A DNA stretch of 36,535 nucleotides from a virus (Duplodnaviria > Caudoviricetes), in the IMG/VR virus record IMGVR_UViG_3300031519_000082, positions 1 to 36,535 of that record; one strand, written 5' to 3'. The notes under the pieces were generated by a model, which saw nothing but the letters and a program-made list of their open reading frames with translations, had not been told where the DNA came from and searched no databases. The translations under genes and the position numbers were made by a program. Positions 16,810 to 26,521 of the stretch are shown here, one piece after another (positions within the stretch are counted from its first letter, which is position 1; each line of letters starts with the position of its first letter).

Positions 16810-17268
16810 ATGACAAAAGATAATACACCCAAGATCATGCAGTGCATCCAGACCGAGCTGAAGGCTCCGAAGGGTAGAACTAATAAGTTCGGAGGATACT
16901 CCTACAGATCCGCCGAAGATATACTAGAGGCACTCAAGCCTTTATTGAATAAGTACGATTGCTTCATTACTATCGACGACAGCATCGTTGAGGTCGGCGG
17001 TAGAGTATACGTTAAGTCAACAGCTACGATAGAGGAATCTCACGGAGATGTTGTCAGCGAGGCGAGTGCTTTCGCAAGAGAAGCTGAAGTTAAGAAGGGC
17101 ATGGACGAAGCCCAGATTACTGGCTCGGCCTCATCCTATGCACGCAAGTATGCGCTCAACGGACTTCTTTGCATTGACGACACCAAGGATGCCGATGCAA
17201 CAAACACTCACGGGAAGGGTGAACCTTCCTACCAAAAGAAAACACAAACCCTGGATGGGTTAATATAA
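16810..17268 (+). CDS. erf: ERF-family single-strand annealing protein
   Basis: 'LKAPK...NKFGGYSYRSAEDIL.A.KPLL', 'QITGSASSYARKYALNGL..IDD..DAD'. Confidence 0.92.
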   Translation: MTKDNTPKIMQCIQTELKAPKGRTNKFGGYSYRSAEDILEALKPLLNKYDCFITIDDSIVEVGGRVYVKSTATIEESHGDVVSEASAFAREAEVKKGMDEAQITGSASSYARKYALNGLLCIDDTKDADATNTHGKGEPSYQKKTQTLDGLI

Positions 17269-17510
17269 TGCAACAACAATACGACAACAATAACAGCGGT
17301 GCCCTCTTTACGAACGACCGCAAGAAGTCGGACACTCACCCTGACCTCACTGGTTCCGCCGAGGTAGATGGCAAGGACTACTGGTTCAAGGCGTGGAAGA
17401 AGACAAGCAAGAAGGGTCAGCCGTTCTTGTCTGTTTCATTCGACCCGAAGGAAGCCGACGTGGTTTCTAACGGAGTAGCCCCGCAGAACGACGACCCCGT
17501 ACCGTTCTAA
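17268..17510 (+). CDS. Putative phage single-stranded DNA-binding protein
   Basis: 'NSGALF.N..K....HPD..G...V.G..YW...W' and SSB-like acidic tail DDPVPF; coupled to erf. Confidence 0.65.
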   Translation: MQQQYDNNNSGALFTNDRKKSDTHPDLTGSAEVDGKDYWFKAWKKTSKKGQPFLSVSFDPKEADVVSNGVAPQNDDPVPF

Positions 17511-17535
17511 GCCAACCTTGACTACACCCCAAGCG

Positions 17536-17571
17536 TGCCGACTGGAGTTCTAATCTTCAGTCGGCATTTTT
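17536..17571 (+). terminator. Rho-independent terminator
   Basis: TGCCGACTGGAG-ttctaat-CTTCAGTCGGCA followed by TTTTT. Confidence 0.75.
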
Positions 17572-17613
17572 ATATCACGTACAACATAACAGCACTTAAC
17601 ACTATGAAAAACT

Positions 17614-18951
17614 ATGACAAACTTACTAGAAGCAAACACAGATCTTCCGCACAACTTATCGGCGGAGCACGCAGTTATCTCTTGCTGTTTACTGCAGGGT
17701 AACTCAGACGCCTACGATAGCGTCAGCCGTATACTGAAGTCCGATGACTTCTATGCTCTTCAGCACCAGCTAGCCTACCAGGGCATAGCCGACCTTGCCA
17801 ACGACGGCCAACCTATAGATGAGATTCATCTAGTCGAGAAGCTCAAGGTAAACAACAGCATCGACGAAGTCGGTGGAGTAGCTGGCATCTTCGGACTAAC
17901 CGAAGGGGCCGAGACTACTACGTCCATCAAGCACTACGCAGGTATAGTCAAAGAGAAGAGCAACCTCAGGAGGTTGCACCGCTCTTACAGACTGGCCGCC
18001 GAGCAGGCCGCATCCGAGCAGTTACCTGCATCTGAAATCCAAGGATCGGTAGAGTCCGACCTCGGCGAAGACGTAAGCTCAGGCGCAAGCATCGAGAGGA
18101 TCTCGACTTCTGTTGAAGTACTCAAGGACGAGTTCAAGCAGATGCAAGAGGGCACCTTCGTGAAGGACGTTGTCCGCACGCACATCCCGCACCTAGATGA
18201 AAAGCTAGGCATGGGTGGCATAGGCGCAGGCGAGGTCTGCATTGTAGCGGCGCCCACCTCCTGCGGTAAGTCCGCAGTCGCTATCAACATTGCACTGCGT
18301 GCCGCCAAGACGGACGCCGTACCTACCTGCATATTTTCTTTTGAGATGCCGCAGAAACAAATCGCAAGGCGCATGATTCAAACTCTCAGCGGAGTTAACC
18401 TTCGACAGATCGAAGAGAACATAGCTTCAACCGCCAAGGTTAAGGCAGTGCACTCAGCGAATGACGTGCTGTCTACTCTGCCCATCTATACCGTGCACGC
18501 AGTGCAGGGCGCAGACGACCTCAAGAGTCAGATAAGAATCCTGGTCCGCAAGCACGGGGTAAAGCTGGTAGTCATTGACTACCTGCAGTTAATCCCATTC
18601 GGCAATAAGCTAGGCAAGACCGAAGGCATATCAGCGATCTCTCACAAGATCAAACAGATAGCCGTTGAGTTAAGCATAGGCATACTACTGCTGGCGCAGG
18701 TCAACCGAGAGGGAGCCAAGCGTGAAAGCGGACTGTCCCTATACGACCTAAAGGATTCTGGCGACATCGAGAACGACGCTGACGCTGTTGTACTTATGTG
18801 GCCGAAGGGAGGGGACGTTGAGTCAGCCAAGAAGGTTGACGCAGTCGGACCATACACTGAGTTGCAATACTCAGTTGCTAAAAATCGAGAAGGCGAACGT
18901 GACGTTCGTGGAATCTTCAAACTATATCACTGCGTAGGAATCATAAAATAA
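17614..18951 (+). CDS. dnaB: Replicative DNA helicase (DnaB family)
   Basis: 'PHNLSAE' N-domain, Walker A APTSCGKS, FSFEM, VIDYLQL, LAQVNR, LKDSGDIENDAD, AKNREG. Confidence 0.95.
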   Translation: MTNLLEANTDLPHNLSAEHAVISCCLLQGNSDAYDSVSRILKSDDFYALQHQLAYQGIADLANDGQPIDEIHLVEKLKVNNSIDEVGGVAGIFGLTEGAETTTSIKHYAGIVKEKSNLRRLHRSYRLAAEQAASEQLPASEIQGSVESDLGEDVSSGASIERISTSVEVLKDEFKQMQEGTFVKDVVRTHIPHLDEKLGMGGIGAGEVCIVAAPTSCGKSAVAINIALRAAKTDAVPTCIFSFEMPQKQIARRMIQTLSGVNLRQIEENIASTAKVKAVHSANDVLSTLPIYTVHAVQGADDLKSQIRILVRKHGVKLVVIDYLQLIPFGNKLGKTEGISAISHKIKQIAVELSIGILLLAQVNREGAKRESGLSLYDLKDSGDIENDADAVVLMWPKGGDVESAKKVDAVGPYTELQYSVAKNREGERDVRGIFKLYHCVGIIK

Positions 18952-19259
18952 TGAAAACAAAAAATCAACTTATAGAAATCGCCGCCAACGAGTTTGGCAG
19001 TACACCTAACGTCATCCGAGGTAAGTCCCGTACACGACGTGCATCATACGCAAGGGATGCACTGTCTTACATCCTGCACCTGCACGGATGCACGCACGAA
19101 GAAATATCTAAGCTCGTAAACAGAAACCGTTCCAGCGTAACCAAGGGCATCGACCGAGTTAACACTCGCAGGCAGTCCGAGGATCACGACAGCTCGGCCT
19201 ACCTGCAAGCACTTCGCAAGGCCTGCTTTCATGCAGGCATTCAAATGCCAGCCAACTAG
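18951..19259 (+). CDS. DnaA C-terminal-like HTH protein
   Basis: 'IRGKSRTRRASYARD..SY......THEEISKLVNRNRSSV..G' resembles DnaA domain IV. Confidence 0.7.
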   Translation: MKTKNQLIEIAANEFGSTPNVIRGKSRTRRASYARDALSYILHLHGCTHEEISKLVNRNRSSVTKGIDRVNTRRQSEDHDSSAYLQALRKACFHAGIQMPAN

Positions 19260-19266
19260 AACAGAT

Positions 19267-19686
19267 ATGAAACATAAACGATTCGACATGGATATGTTCG
19301 ACCAGACGGATAGCCCCGCCAGGGAAGCAACCAAGGAGTACATCTCCCGCAAGGGGTACACCGCTATAGACAACCCCGATAAGTACTGCGCTGACCTAAT
19401 CGTCGAGGGCCTGTGCTTCATCGAGTGCGAGTGCAAGCTCGCATGGAAAGGACCTAAGTTCCCTTGGCCTAGTGTGCACCTACCTCAGCGCAAGAAGAAG
19501 TTCGCCAAGCTGTCCATGCCTGTGCAGTTCTACATATGGAACAAAGAGTACAGTCACGCTATGCGCATCTGCGGCTGGCAACTTACCGATGACAAACTTA
19601 TAGAGGTGCCCAACAAGATGATCGCAAATGGTGAATACTTCTACGATATACCTACAAATGAAACCCATATCATCAGTAAAGACTGA
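19267..19686 (+). CDS. Putative restriction-fold (PD-(D/E)XK) nuclease
   Basis: 'NPDKYCADL.......IECECK' pattern; likely start MKHKRF. Confidence 0.55.
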   Translation: MKHKRFDMDMFDQTDSPAREATKEYISRKGYTAIDNPDKYCADLIVEGLCFIECECKLAWKGPKFPWPSVHLPQRKKKFAKLSMPVQFYIWNKEYSHAMRICGWQLTDDKLIEVPNKMIANGEYFYDIPTNETHIISKD

Positions 19687-19810
19687 TATAACTTGCAATA
19701 AACGCAGGGGATTACATATTTAAAGCACCTTAGCAATAAGGTGTGTTATGTTCAGTATTACGTTATGTGTTACGTAAGAGGGCTTTTCGTCATAGTAGGG
19801 TCCTCGACAT

Positions 19811-19848
19811 TTGGCCTCTCCCTTATCTGGGGGGAGGCCAAACTTGTT
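19811..19848. terminator. Terminator hairpin between the convergent gene blocks
   Basis: TTGGCCTCTCCC-ttatct-GGGGGGAGGCCAA directly after the stop of the 2215-aa gene. Confidence 0.7.
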
Positions 19849-22800
19849 TTAGGATCTGTCGATGCTAGGCCTTACGCCTTCCTTGCGTCTGAGTTTTTGT
19901 AACCTTTTCTGTTGCTCTTTACCTGCACCTGTTCGGTTGTACCAGACGTCGGACAGTGGAGAGTTTCTCCAGGCCTTCATCTCAAACAACTCTACGTCGC
20001 CCTTGACCCAGGACCTTAGCGATTCCTCGCCCTTGACAATGATGTTCACGGCAGGAGGAGTGAAGCGCTGTATGACGCTCTCGACTGTGCCCTTCTCGAG
20101 GGCACGTGTAGTCGTGTACTTACTTAGGCCAAACATACCTAGCATATTGTTCATCACGTGCTCGGGAATGTATGTATCCTTGCCTGAGATCCAGTCGTCC
20201 AGCATATCAGACGGAAGGCCAAACATAGTGAGCAGGGTAGCCATGTAGGTCAACCTACGAAGCGCAGCGGTACGCTGCTGCAGTGTCTTGCCTGGTCCGC
20301 CTAGGTCATTCATGAACTCCTGCCTGTTGTAGTTCAAGTCAAGTAGCATGAAAGTACTCAGCTTGTAAAAGAGTCTCTTGCTTGGATCAGTCTGGTAACC
20401 CTCGGGCACCTGAAGGTAAGTCAATGGCTGACGTTCCAGTAGCTCGGCCAGTAGTGCCTCCTTGACCCTTTCACTATTCGCCGCTTTGTTTGCCTTTAGA
20501 TCATTGATGGTTTTCATGGCATCTACTGCACCCATCTTAATGGTCAAGAAACTTTTAAGTTGCTCATACTTCTTGGACCCTACAGGTGACTTAGCTTTCT
20601 TTACGAAGTCATCGTACGCCGCCTCTATACTAGCGTGCTTCATTGCTGTATCCATCTGACGGAACGGGACCAGGCGACTAAGGCCGAAGTCCAGTGCCTT
20701 CTGCAGTACAGTGGGATCTTGGAACTCGGCGGATAGCTGAGTCTTAGAAATGCTAAAGTCATCTTCAAGATCAAACCTACGGTTCCCCGTGACGGTGCGG
20801 TACACCCCTGACACGACTCCACCTAAGCCACGGTACAGCGCAACCTTGTACAAGTCCATGATCTGCACGAGCACAGGGCCAGGGTTGATTAGTGTAGCCA
20901 TGTACGTCAGCGTACCAAGGCTCTTAAGTATTTCATTTTCTGCTTGGAACTGCGTAGTAATAAGCTCGGTCAAGCTCTTCACAGTATCTGCGTCGGCGTT
21001 ATCAATTTGTCCTGCACTGAATAGCTCTTCGGTTAGCTTCCCTAGTTCACCTTGAAGTCTACCCTTGCGTGTATCACCAACAACCTTAAAGCTCTCAATA
21101 GCACGGTTCATGTTGGTCGTGTACTTGCTGAAGGCAACGCCTGGGTTGTCGTAGAACTGCAACTTGTCCTCTGGGATTAACTGAATGTCACGTACCTTCA
21201 CGTTTCCTGGAAGTCTAGCACCGTTAATATCTACACGGAACTTATTCTGCAGGAAGTCCTGGAAGAACCTTGCACGCTCGGTGTCGTTCATCTCGGGAAG
21301 CGAGGCATCGTTGCCGTCCTTGTCCTTTAATGCGCTACGGCGTTCGTTCTCCTCTCGGACTAGAAGCTCAAAGGTGCGCTTTGACTTTTGCCCGTAGGAG
21401 TTAATTAGGCCCTCAAGATCTTTGACTACCCGAGGGAAGTAATCCTCAAGATAGCCCATAGCAGGCATACCAAGTTTAGTATACTCCGCATATATCTCCT
21501 CCATGATAGGCTGTACATCCAAGCGATACATATTAAGCAAACCATACTTATGAAGTAGCGCATCCCTGCGCTGCATCTTAGCTTTGTTAATCGGATGAGT
21601 AGCCTCCTCTGGAGTAGGGCTGAAGAATAAGAGCTGTTTCATTTCAAGAAATTCTGCTCCCTTGATTGCGTTGAGCCTGTTAAAGAATGCCTTGGTCTGT
21701 TTCTGATGACGGAAGGAACGCTCTCTTATCGCAGTGTCCAAGTTCTGAAGCATCCTTCCAAACATTGGGTTGATGCGATTCAACCGAGTGATGACTGGAG
21801 TAAGGTACTTGGATGCAGTCTTTCGCAAAGAACTATCAGCGAACCACTTGCGCTCTTCTCTGATTCGCTCTGACGCTTTAGCGTCTACGCTTTCACCAGG
21901 GTCAGTGTTCTCTTCGGCTGTGTTCTTGTCCGTTGCATTGTAGGCGTTGGCCACTACGTTCTGACTCTTCGGTCGGATGGCAGGGTCAATAGCATTAAGA
22001 AGCTCTACGGTATCAACGATCACTTGAGCCGCCTCGGGGTCAGTCTTAACCATAGGTCCAAGGACCTTGGCCATGTAAGCCTGCACTGAACGAAGGAGTT
22101 CTACAATAGCCTGGAAGGCTGGGCCTCCCTTGTCTACTGCAAGGTACTGCTCGGTAAAGTCTCCGTACCTAAACTTCTGCACTACTGCACGGCTGTACTC
22201 AGAACCGAAGCCGACGGTGTCGCCTTCCTGTAGAGATTGGTATACGTTCTGAATCTCTGTGCGCTCCTGCGGGGTAAGGTTGTTACCCAGTGCAGTAAAG
22301 AAATCTACCCATAGCGCATCTTCGCTACGCCCAGTCCTGGCTTTCTTTTCTTTCTGTATAAGTACGTTGTGCATAGCAGCGTGAATAATCTCTTCACGCA
22401 TTGCGGCCTGCACGCCAGCCTTAGTTCGGTTAAGCAAAGCCCGTGGGTTGTACTCAATAATTTTCTGCGAGACGTTGTACTGCGCCACGAACTGCCCTAG
22501 CATATTAGGGTATATATTGATACCCATCTTACCAGCTATTGAACTGAAGGACTTTGATATAAAGTCTTCAAGCTGATTGATATTATCAAACGTATCTTGA
22601 GGACCACGGTCCTCTGCGGCAGTCTCTGCCGCTTGAGCTGTTACATCTTCTTGGTAGTTAGATTCAGAAAACTCTTTAGGTAACAGACCAATTTTTTGTT
22701 CGGCAAAGCGCATACTGCTGTATGCTTTCTGAGCTAGGCGCTTGGCTTTCTTCAGGTCACCATCTGCACGGGCTTGCCTTGCTTGAGTGCGTATCTCAAA

Positions 22801-25800
22801 CGCTTTGTCGTTTACTCCAGAAAAGTTTACCCAAGAATTTTGACCACGAGTCTCGGTAGTCAATGCCCTGCGGGCTAACGGAGAAAACATAAGTGAGTGC
22901 ACGTTCCATGCGTTCTCTTCTCCTAGTGGACCAAACCCGTTGCCCAGTTTGCCGTGACCAAAGAAGTCGTGAACAAATCTAAATATGTCGTTGACCAGCA
23001 AAGGCTTACCGTTCTTATCTGTTCGCCCAGACTCAGCGAGCATTGGATTCTCACGTCTTTCTTTTGCCGTGATTCCTTCTGTGCCGAATCCGTCTTCGGT
23101 TGAGAACACACGCATAACCTTTCGGTTGCGTACGTCTTCAATCATGTCTTGAGAGTTGTCGTACTCAGTGTCGCTCAACTCCATGGCGTATCCGTCTTCC
23201 AGGATAGCATCATATTGAGCTAAGGTTTCTTTGACTAGTGCTTGGTATGCACGAACAACCTCTGGGTTCTTAGGGTCGTGCTTCATCTTGTCATAGGCCT
23301 TGCCTATAACCGCAGCACGCTCCTCGTCTAACTCAACAATGCGTCTAGGTTCTTGCTCACGTATTCCTTGAGTCCCTTGGTATCGTTCCGATACCGACGT
23401 AGCATCCTGGAGGGGCTGACTGAAGAGGCGGTTTCCTGCTGGGGCTGAGGTTGCGCCTGTGCCCGACTGTTCTTGGGTGTTTTCTTTTTCATTTTTTGAT
23501 TGATTTTCTATGCTTTCAGATACTTCACCTAATGACAAGTATTCATTACTAGGTGTAGCTCCGTATACTGGATTCTTAACTAGGACAAGAGGTCCAACTT
23601 GAATTGCTTGGTCGCCTGCGACCACCTCCTGCATTGTTTCACGGTTGTAGAAGTAACCTCTGCGCTCTGGGTCCATGCCTACTTGCACGTAAGACGGATC
23701 CTTGAGGGCCTTGTCGGCCATCTTATTAGCTTGAGTAGGAGTTACATTTTTGTAAGTTCCTATAATCGTAGCTATAGTTCCTTTGTCTTTTCCAGTTGCT
23801 ATATTTAAGGCGGCGATTCCCTTACCAGCCACGCCAAGCTGCACGTTTTCAAGAACCCCTGTAGATTTATACGAAAGTTTCTCGCCAGCCTGAAAGTTGC
23901 CTTTCGGTTCGTGAATTACAGGAACCCAAGTTCCGTAATTTTTGTATGCGGGAATGTCTAAGCGCATGGCTACTCGTTTCCCATCAGGAACTGCTGCGTT
24001 CAAGAAAGGAACTTGATTCTCTTTCAAAGCAGTGCTCATATCTGAGTTTGTCTCAGGTGCAGGCACAAAATCATAAGGATGCACTGGCTTAAACTCATCC
24101 GCAACCTCTGCTATCCTGCGGCTCTGCTGACGATCACCAGCCTTGATGTTTTCCTTAAGTATCTTGGCTTGCTCTTGGATCTCTGGAGTGCGCTTCAAAA
24201 CGTCCTTGAAGGACAGTGTGCGGCGATCGACCCCTGATGCCTGGGCAGTTATGTCTGAACTAATCTTAACTGATATAGGCCTGCCAGCATTGTATTGCTT
24301 GCGCATCTGCGAACGGACATCCCCGCCCATTGCATTAATTTCTGCAGGGGAATATCCAGCTTCAATTAACTCAGACCGAACGCTGCCTGCGTTCTTTCCT
24401 TTGCCGCTTGCTATATATGCAGCAAGTTCAAGGTCCGAAGTATAATTCACATCGGCTCCACGCCACTTCGGCGTAGACCCAGACATTCTGGGAGAGATAG
24501 TAAAGTCCTGACGAGTAGGAAAAGATATACTTTCTCCCTCTGGCTCTGGATCTGCAAAAGGATCAAACTCAGGTGCCGTCTCTACGGACGGCTCTGGTGC
24601 AGTCGATCTCTTGTCTGCCTGCTCGGCTAAAGGCGGGAACTTTGCACGAAACTCTTGCTCGGTTATTCCTAAGTCTTGAGCATATTCGGCTACAGTCTTG
24701 CCTGGTACTGGTGCAGACCGTGCTTCAAATTCTTCTGCGGTTAGCGTAGGTCTTGAGTCCTGCTCAATGACTGGCGGCCTGTTTATTAAGGACTCATCAA
24801 TTAAAGATTCGCCTGGCCCTGGTGCAGGCTCAGGTGCTGGCGTTGGAGTTTGAGTCCTACCTCTTCCACGTTTCTTTTGTGCTTCTTCGGCCAGAGCATC
24901 AAAGTCAGCTTCACTTAACTGGCTAGCTTCTCCACGAGATCTAGCATCACGCTCCTTAATTGCCCGTGCAATGCGCTTACGTTGCCTGTCATACTTCTTG
25001 CTTTTCTTCTGAACCTCCAATTTAATCTCAGCATCAGTAATTTCAGATCCTCCTTCACGGGCTTCCTCAAGAGCTTCACGGGTTAGCCTTTCTTCGGATT
25101 CCTGTATGTCATCCAGGCCTCTAACTTTTGATCTGTCTTGATTATATACATTATATGAATCAATTATATCTTGAAGCTGCTCATCGGAAAGTAGTCCGAC
25201 ATCTAATCTGGTAGTATCTGCACCCTCTTCTATCTCTGGTAAAATATAATCGGACTCCTGGGTAGGCTCTGGTGCAGGCGTTGGTGTAGGCGTTGGTGCT
25301 GGATCTACGGGTACGTCTTCTTCTAAAATTTCTGCATCTGGCTCGCCTAGGACTACGTCAATCGGAGTCTGTTCAATGACCTCGTTAACGGTCATGTCAG
25401 AACCTGGTAGTCGTCTACCCTCTAGTATTCTTTCTGCTGCATCTATTGCGCTTTCTCCTTCATTAGGAGCAAGGGTCACTGTAGTCGTCGGGCCGTCTAC
25501 TGGCTTGTAGGTTACTTGAATTTCCCGAGGGACAGATACTTCAGACCGTCCTTCGACGGGCTTTCCTAAGTCTTTATTGCTTGTGCTAGTCTTGCCTGGG
25601 CTACCAAGAACCTGGGCACCTCCGCTTACGGTTCCACCTACGACTGCACCTACGCCGAACTCCAAGGATCTGCGCTTCAACGTATCCATCGTTAGCAGTT
25701 CACGGTCCTCGTCGTAAAGCATAGAAGCTAGAGTATCTAGCGACTGCCCTTGTGAGGCCTCGGTAAAGCCCTCCGCTGCACCTGACTCTACGATTTCACG

Positions 25801-26496
25801 AAGTGCGCCCTTGTCTTTTTCTATGGCCTTCTTTAGTGCCTTAGAAGATACGCCCTTGCCGCTTTTAATCCTACGAAGTAAAGGCCTTACGGCTTTACCT
25901 ACGGAGGCCAACTCAAGGGTTGTACCCAGTGCTGTCTGCGCTAGCATACCCTTTAGTGCAGCTTCTTTTTCGGAACTGTTAAAGTCGGTGTATTGCTTGC
26001 CGACGGTCTGCTCCATGTCCGTCAAGAACTCAGAGGTCATCTGTCCACCTGTAGTAAGGGCGGCTGCGCCTAGCATACCCAAGGGATTTCCGCCAGTTAA
26101 AACTAGTCCCGCATAACCTGCCCCAATAGTAACGGGTACCTGACCCAAGCCCTGAACGACTTGACCGAAGAAAGACTCACGGAAGTCTTCGTCTAAACCA
26201 ACCTGATCGCCGACCCCCTGGCTGTACTGCCGCATATCTTCGGCGGCCTGTAGTAAGCTATCACTACCAAAGGACTGCCCCATCCACTGCGTAACACCAG
26301 CGGCTGAACTAACAGCCGCCTGAGAACCACCAGTAAATAATCCCTTACCTACATCTACGACGAAGGAGTCCTCTGCGTTAGCAACAGAGGCTATCTCACG
26401 CTGGGCATATTTAACTATTTGAGAAGGTGCGATCCCGTCAGGGTGCTGCACCTTGTGCTGACGACCGTCAGGACCTCGTACGATGCTTACTGCCAT
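19849..26496 (-). CDS. Large multidomain internal virion (ejection) protein, polyvalent-protein-like
   Basis: 2215 aa, last gene of the virion operon; Gly-rich hydrophobic N-region, Pro/Thr linkers, HDFFGH and EEIIH zincin-like motifs, helical C-domain. Confidence 0.75.
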   Translation of the reverse strand: MAVSIVRGPDGRQHKVQHPDGIAPSQIVKYAQREIASVANAEDSFVVDVGKGLFTGGSQAAVSSAAGVTQWMGQSFGSDSLLQAAEDMRQYSQGVGDQVGLDEDFRESFFGQVVQGLGQVPVTIGAGYAGLVLTGGNPLGMLGAAALTTGGQMTSEFLTDMEQTVGKQYTDFNSSEKEAALKGMLAQTALGTTLELASVGKAVRPLLRRIKSGKGVSSKALKKAIEKDKGALREIVESGAAEGFTEASQGQSLDTLASMLYDEDRELLTMDTLKRRSLEFGVGAVVGGTVSGGAQVLGSPGKTSTSNKDLGKPVEGRSEVSVPREIQVTYKPVDGPTTTVTLAPNEGESAIDAAERILEGRRLPGSDMTVNEVIEQTPIDVVLGEPDAEILEEDVPVDPAPTPTPTPAPEPTQESDYILPEIEEGADTTRLDVGLLSDEQLQDIIDSYNVYNQDRSKVRGLDDIQESEERLTREALEEAREGGSEITDAEIKLEVQKKSKKYDRQRKRIARAIKERDARSRGEASQLSEADFDALAEEAQKKRGRGRTQTPTPAPEPAPGPGESLIDESLINRPPVIEQDSRPTLTAEEFEARSAPVPGKTVAEYAQDLGITEQEFRAKFPPLAEQADKRSTAPEPSVETAPEFDPFADPEPEGESISFPTRQDFTISPRMSGSTPKWRGADVNYTSDLELAAYIASGKGKNAGSVRSELIEAGYSPAEINAMGGDVRSQMRKQYNAGRPISVKISSDITAQASGVDRRTLSFKDVLKRTPEIQEQAKILKENIKAGDRQQSRRIAEVADEFKPVHPYDFVPAPETNSDMSTALKENQVPFLNAAVPDGKRVAMRLDIPAYKNYGTWVPVIHEPKGNFQAGEKLSYKSTGVLENVQLGVAGKGIAALNIATGKDKGTIATIIGTYKNVTPTQANKMADKALKDPSYVQVGMDPERRGYFYNRETMQEVVAGDQAIQVGPLVLVKNPVYGATPSNEYLSLGEVSESIENQSKNEKENTQEQSGTGATSAPAGNRLFSQPLQDATSVSERYQGTQGIREQEPRRIVELDEERAAVIGKAYDKMKHDPKNPEVVRAYQALVKETLAQYDAILEDGYAMELSDTEYDNSQDMIEDVRNRKVMRVFSTEDGFGTEGITAKERRENPMLAESGRTDKNGKPLLVNDIFRFVHDFFGHGKLGNGFGPLGEENAWNVHSLMFSPLARRALTTETRGQNSWVNFSGVNDKAFEIRTQARQARADGDLKKAKRLAQKAYSSMRFAEQKIGLLPKEFSESNYQEDVTAQAAETAAEDRGPQDTFDNINQLEDFISKSFSSIAGKMGINIYPNMLGQFVAQYNVSQKIIEYNPRALLNRTKAGVQAAMREEIIHAAMHNVLIQKEKKARTGRSEDALWVDFFTALGNNLTPQERTEIQNVYQSLQEGDTVGFGSEYSRAVVQKFRYGDFTEQYLAVDKGGPAFQAIVELLRSVQAYMAKVLGPMVKTDPEAAQVIVDTVELLNAIDPAIRPKSQNVVANAYNATDKNTAEENTDPGESVDAKASERIREERKWFADSSLRKTASKYLTPVITRLNRINPMFGRMLQNLDTAIRERSFRHQKQTKAFFNRLNAIKGAEFLEMKQLLFFSPTPEEATHPINKAKMQRRDALLHKYGLLNMYRLDVQPIMEEIYAEYTKLGMPAMGYLEDYFPRVVKDLEGLINSYGQKSKRTFELLVREENERRSALKDKDGNDASLPEMNDTERARFFQDFLQNKFRVDINGARLPGNVKVRDIQLIPEDKLQFYDNPGVAFSKYTTNMNRAIESFKVVGDTRKGRLQGELGKLTEELFSAGQIDNADADTVKSLTELITTQFQAENEILKSLGTLTYMATLINPGPVLVQIMDLYKVALYRGLGGVVSGVYRTVTGNRRFDLEDDFSISKTQLSAEFQDPTVLQKALDFGLSRLVPFRQMDTAMKHASIEAAYDDFVKKAKSPVGSKKYEQLKSFLTIKMGAVDAMKTINDLKANKAANSERVKEALLAELLERQPLTYLQVPEGYQTDPSKRLFYKLSTFMLLDLNYNRQEFMNDLGGPGKTLQQRTAALRRLTYMATLLTMFGLPSDMLDDWISGKDTYIPEHVMNNMLGMFGLSKYTTTRALEKGTVESVIQRFTPPAVNIIVKGEESLRSWVKGDVELFEMKAWRNSPLSDVWYNRTGAGKEQQKRLQKLRRKEGVRPSIDRS

Positions 26497-26521
26497 ATGA
26501 TTATTTTAGAATTAACAAAGA

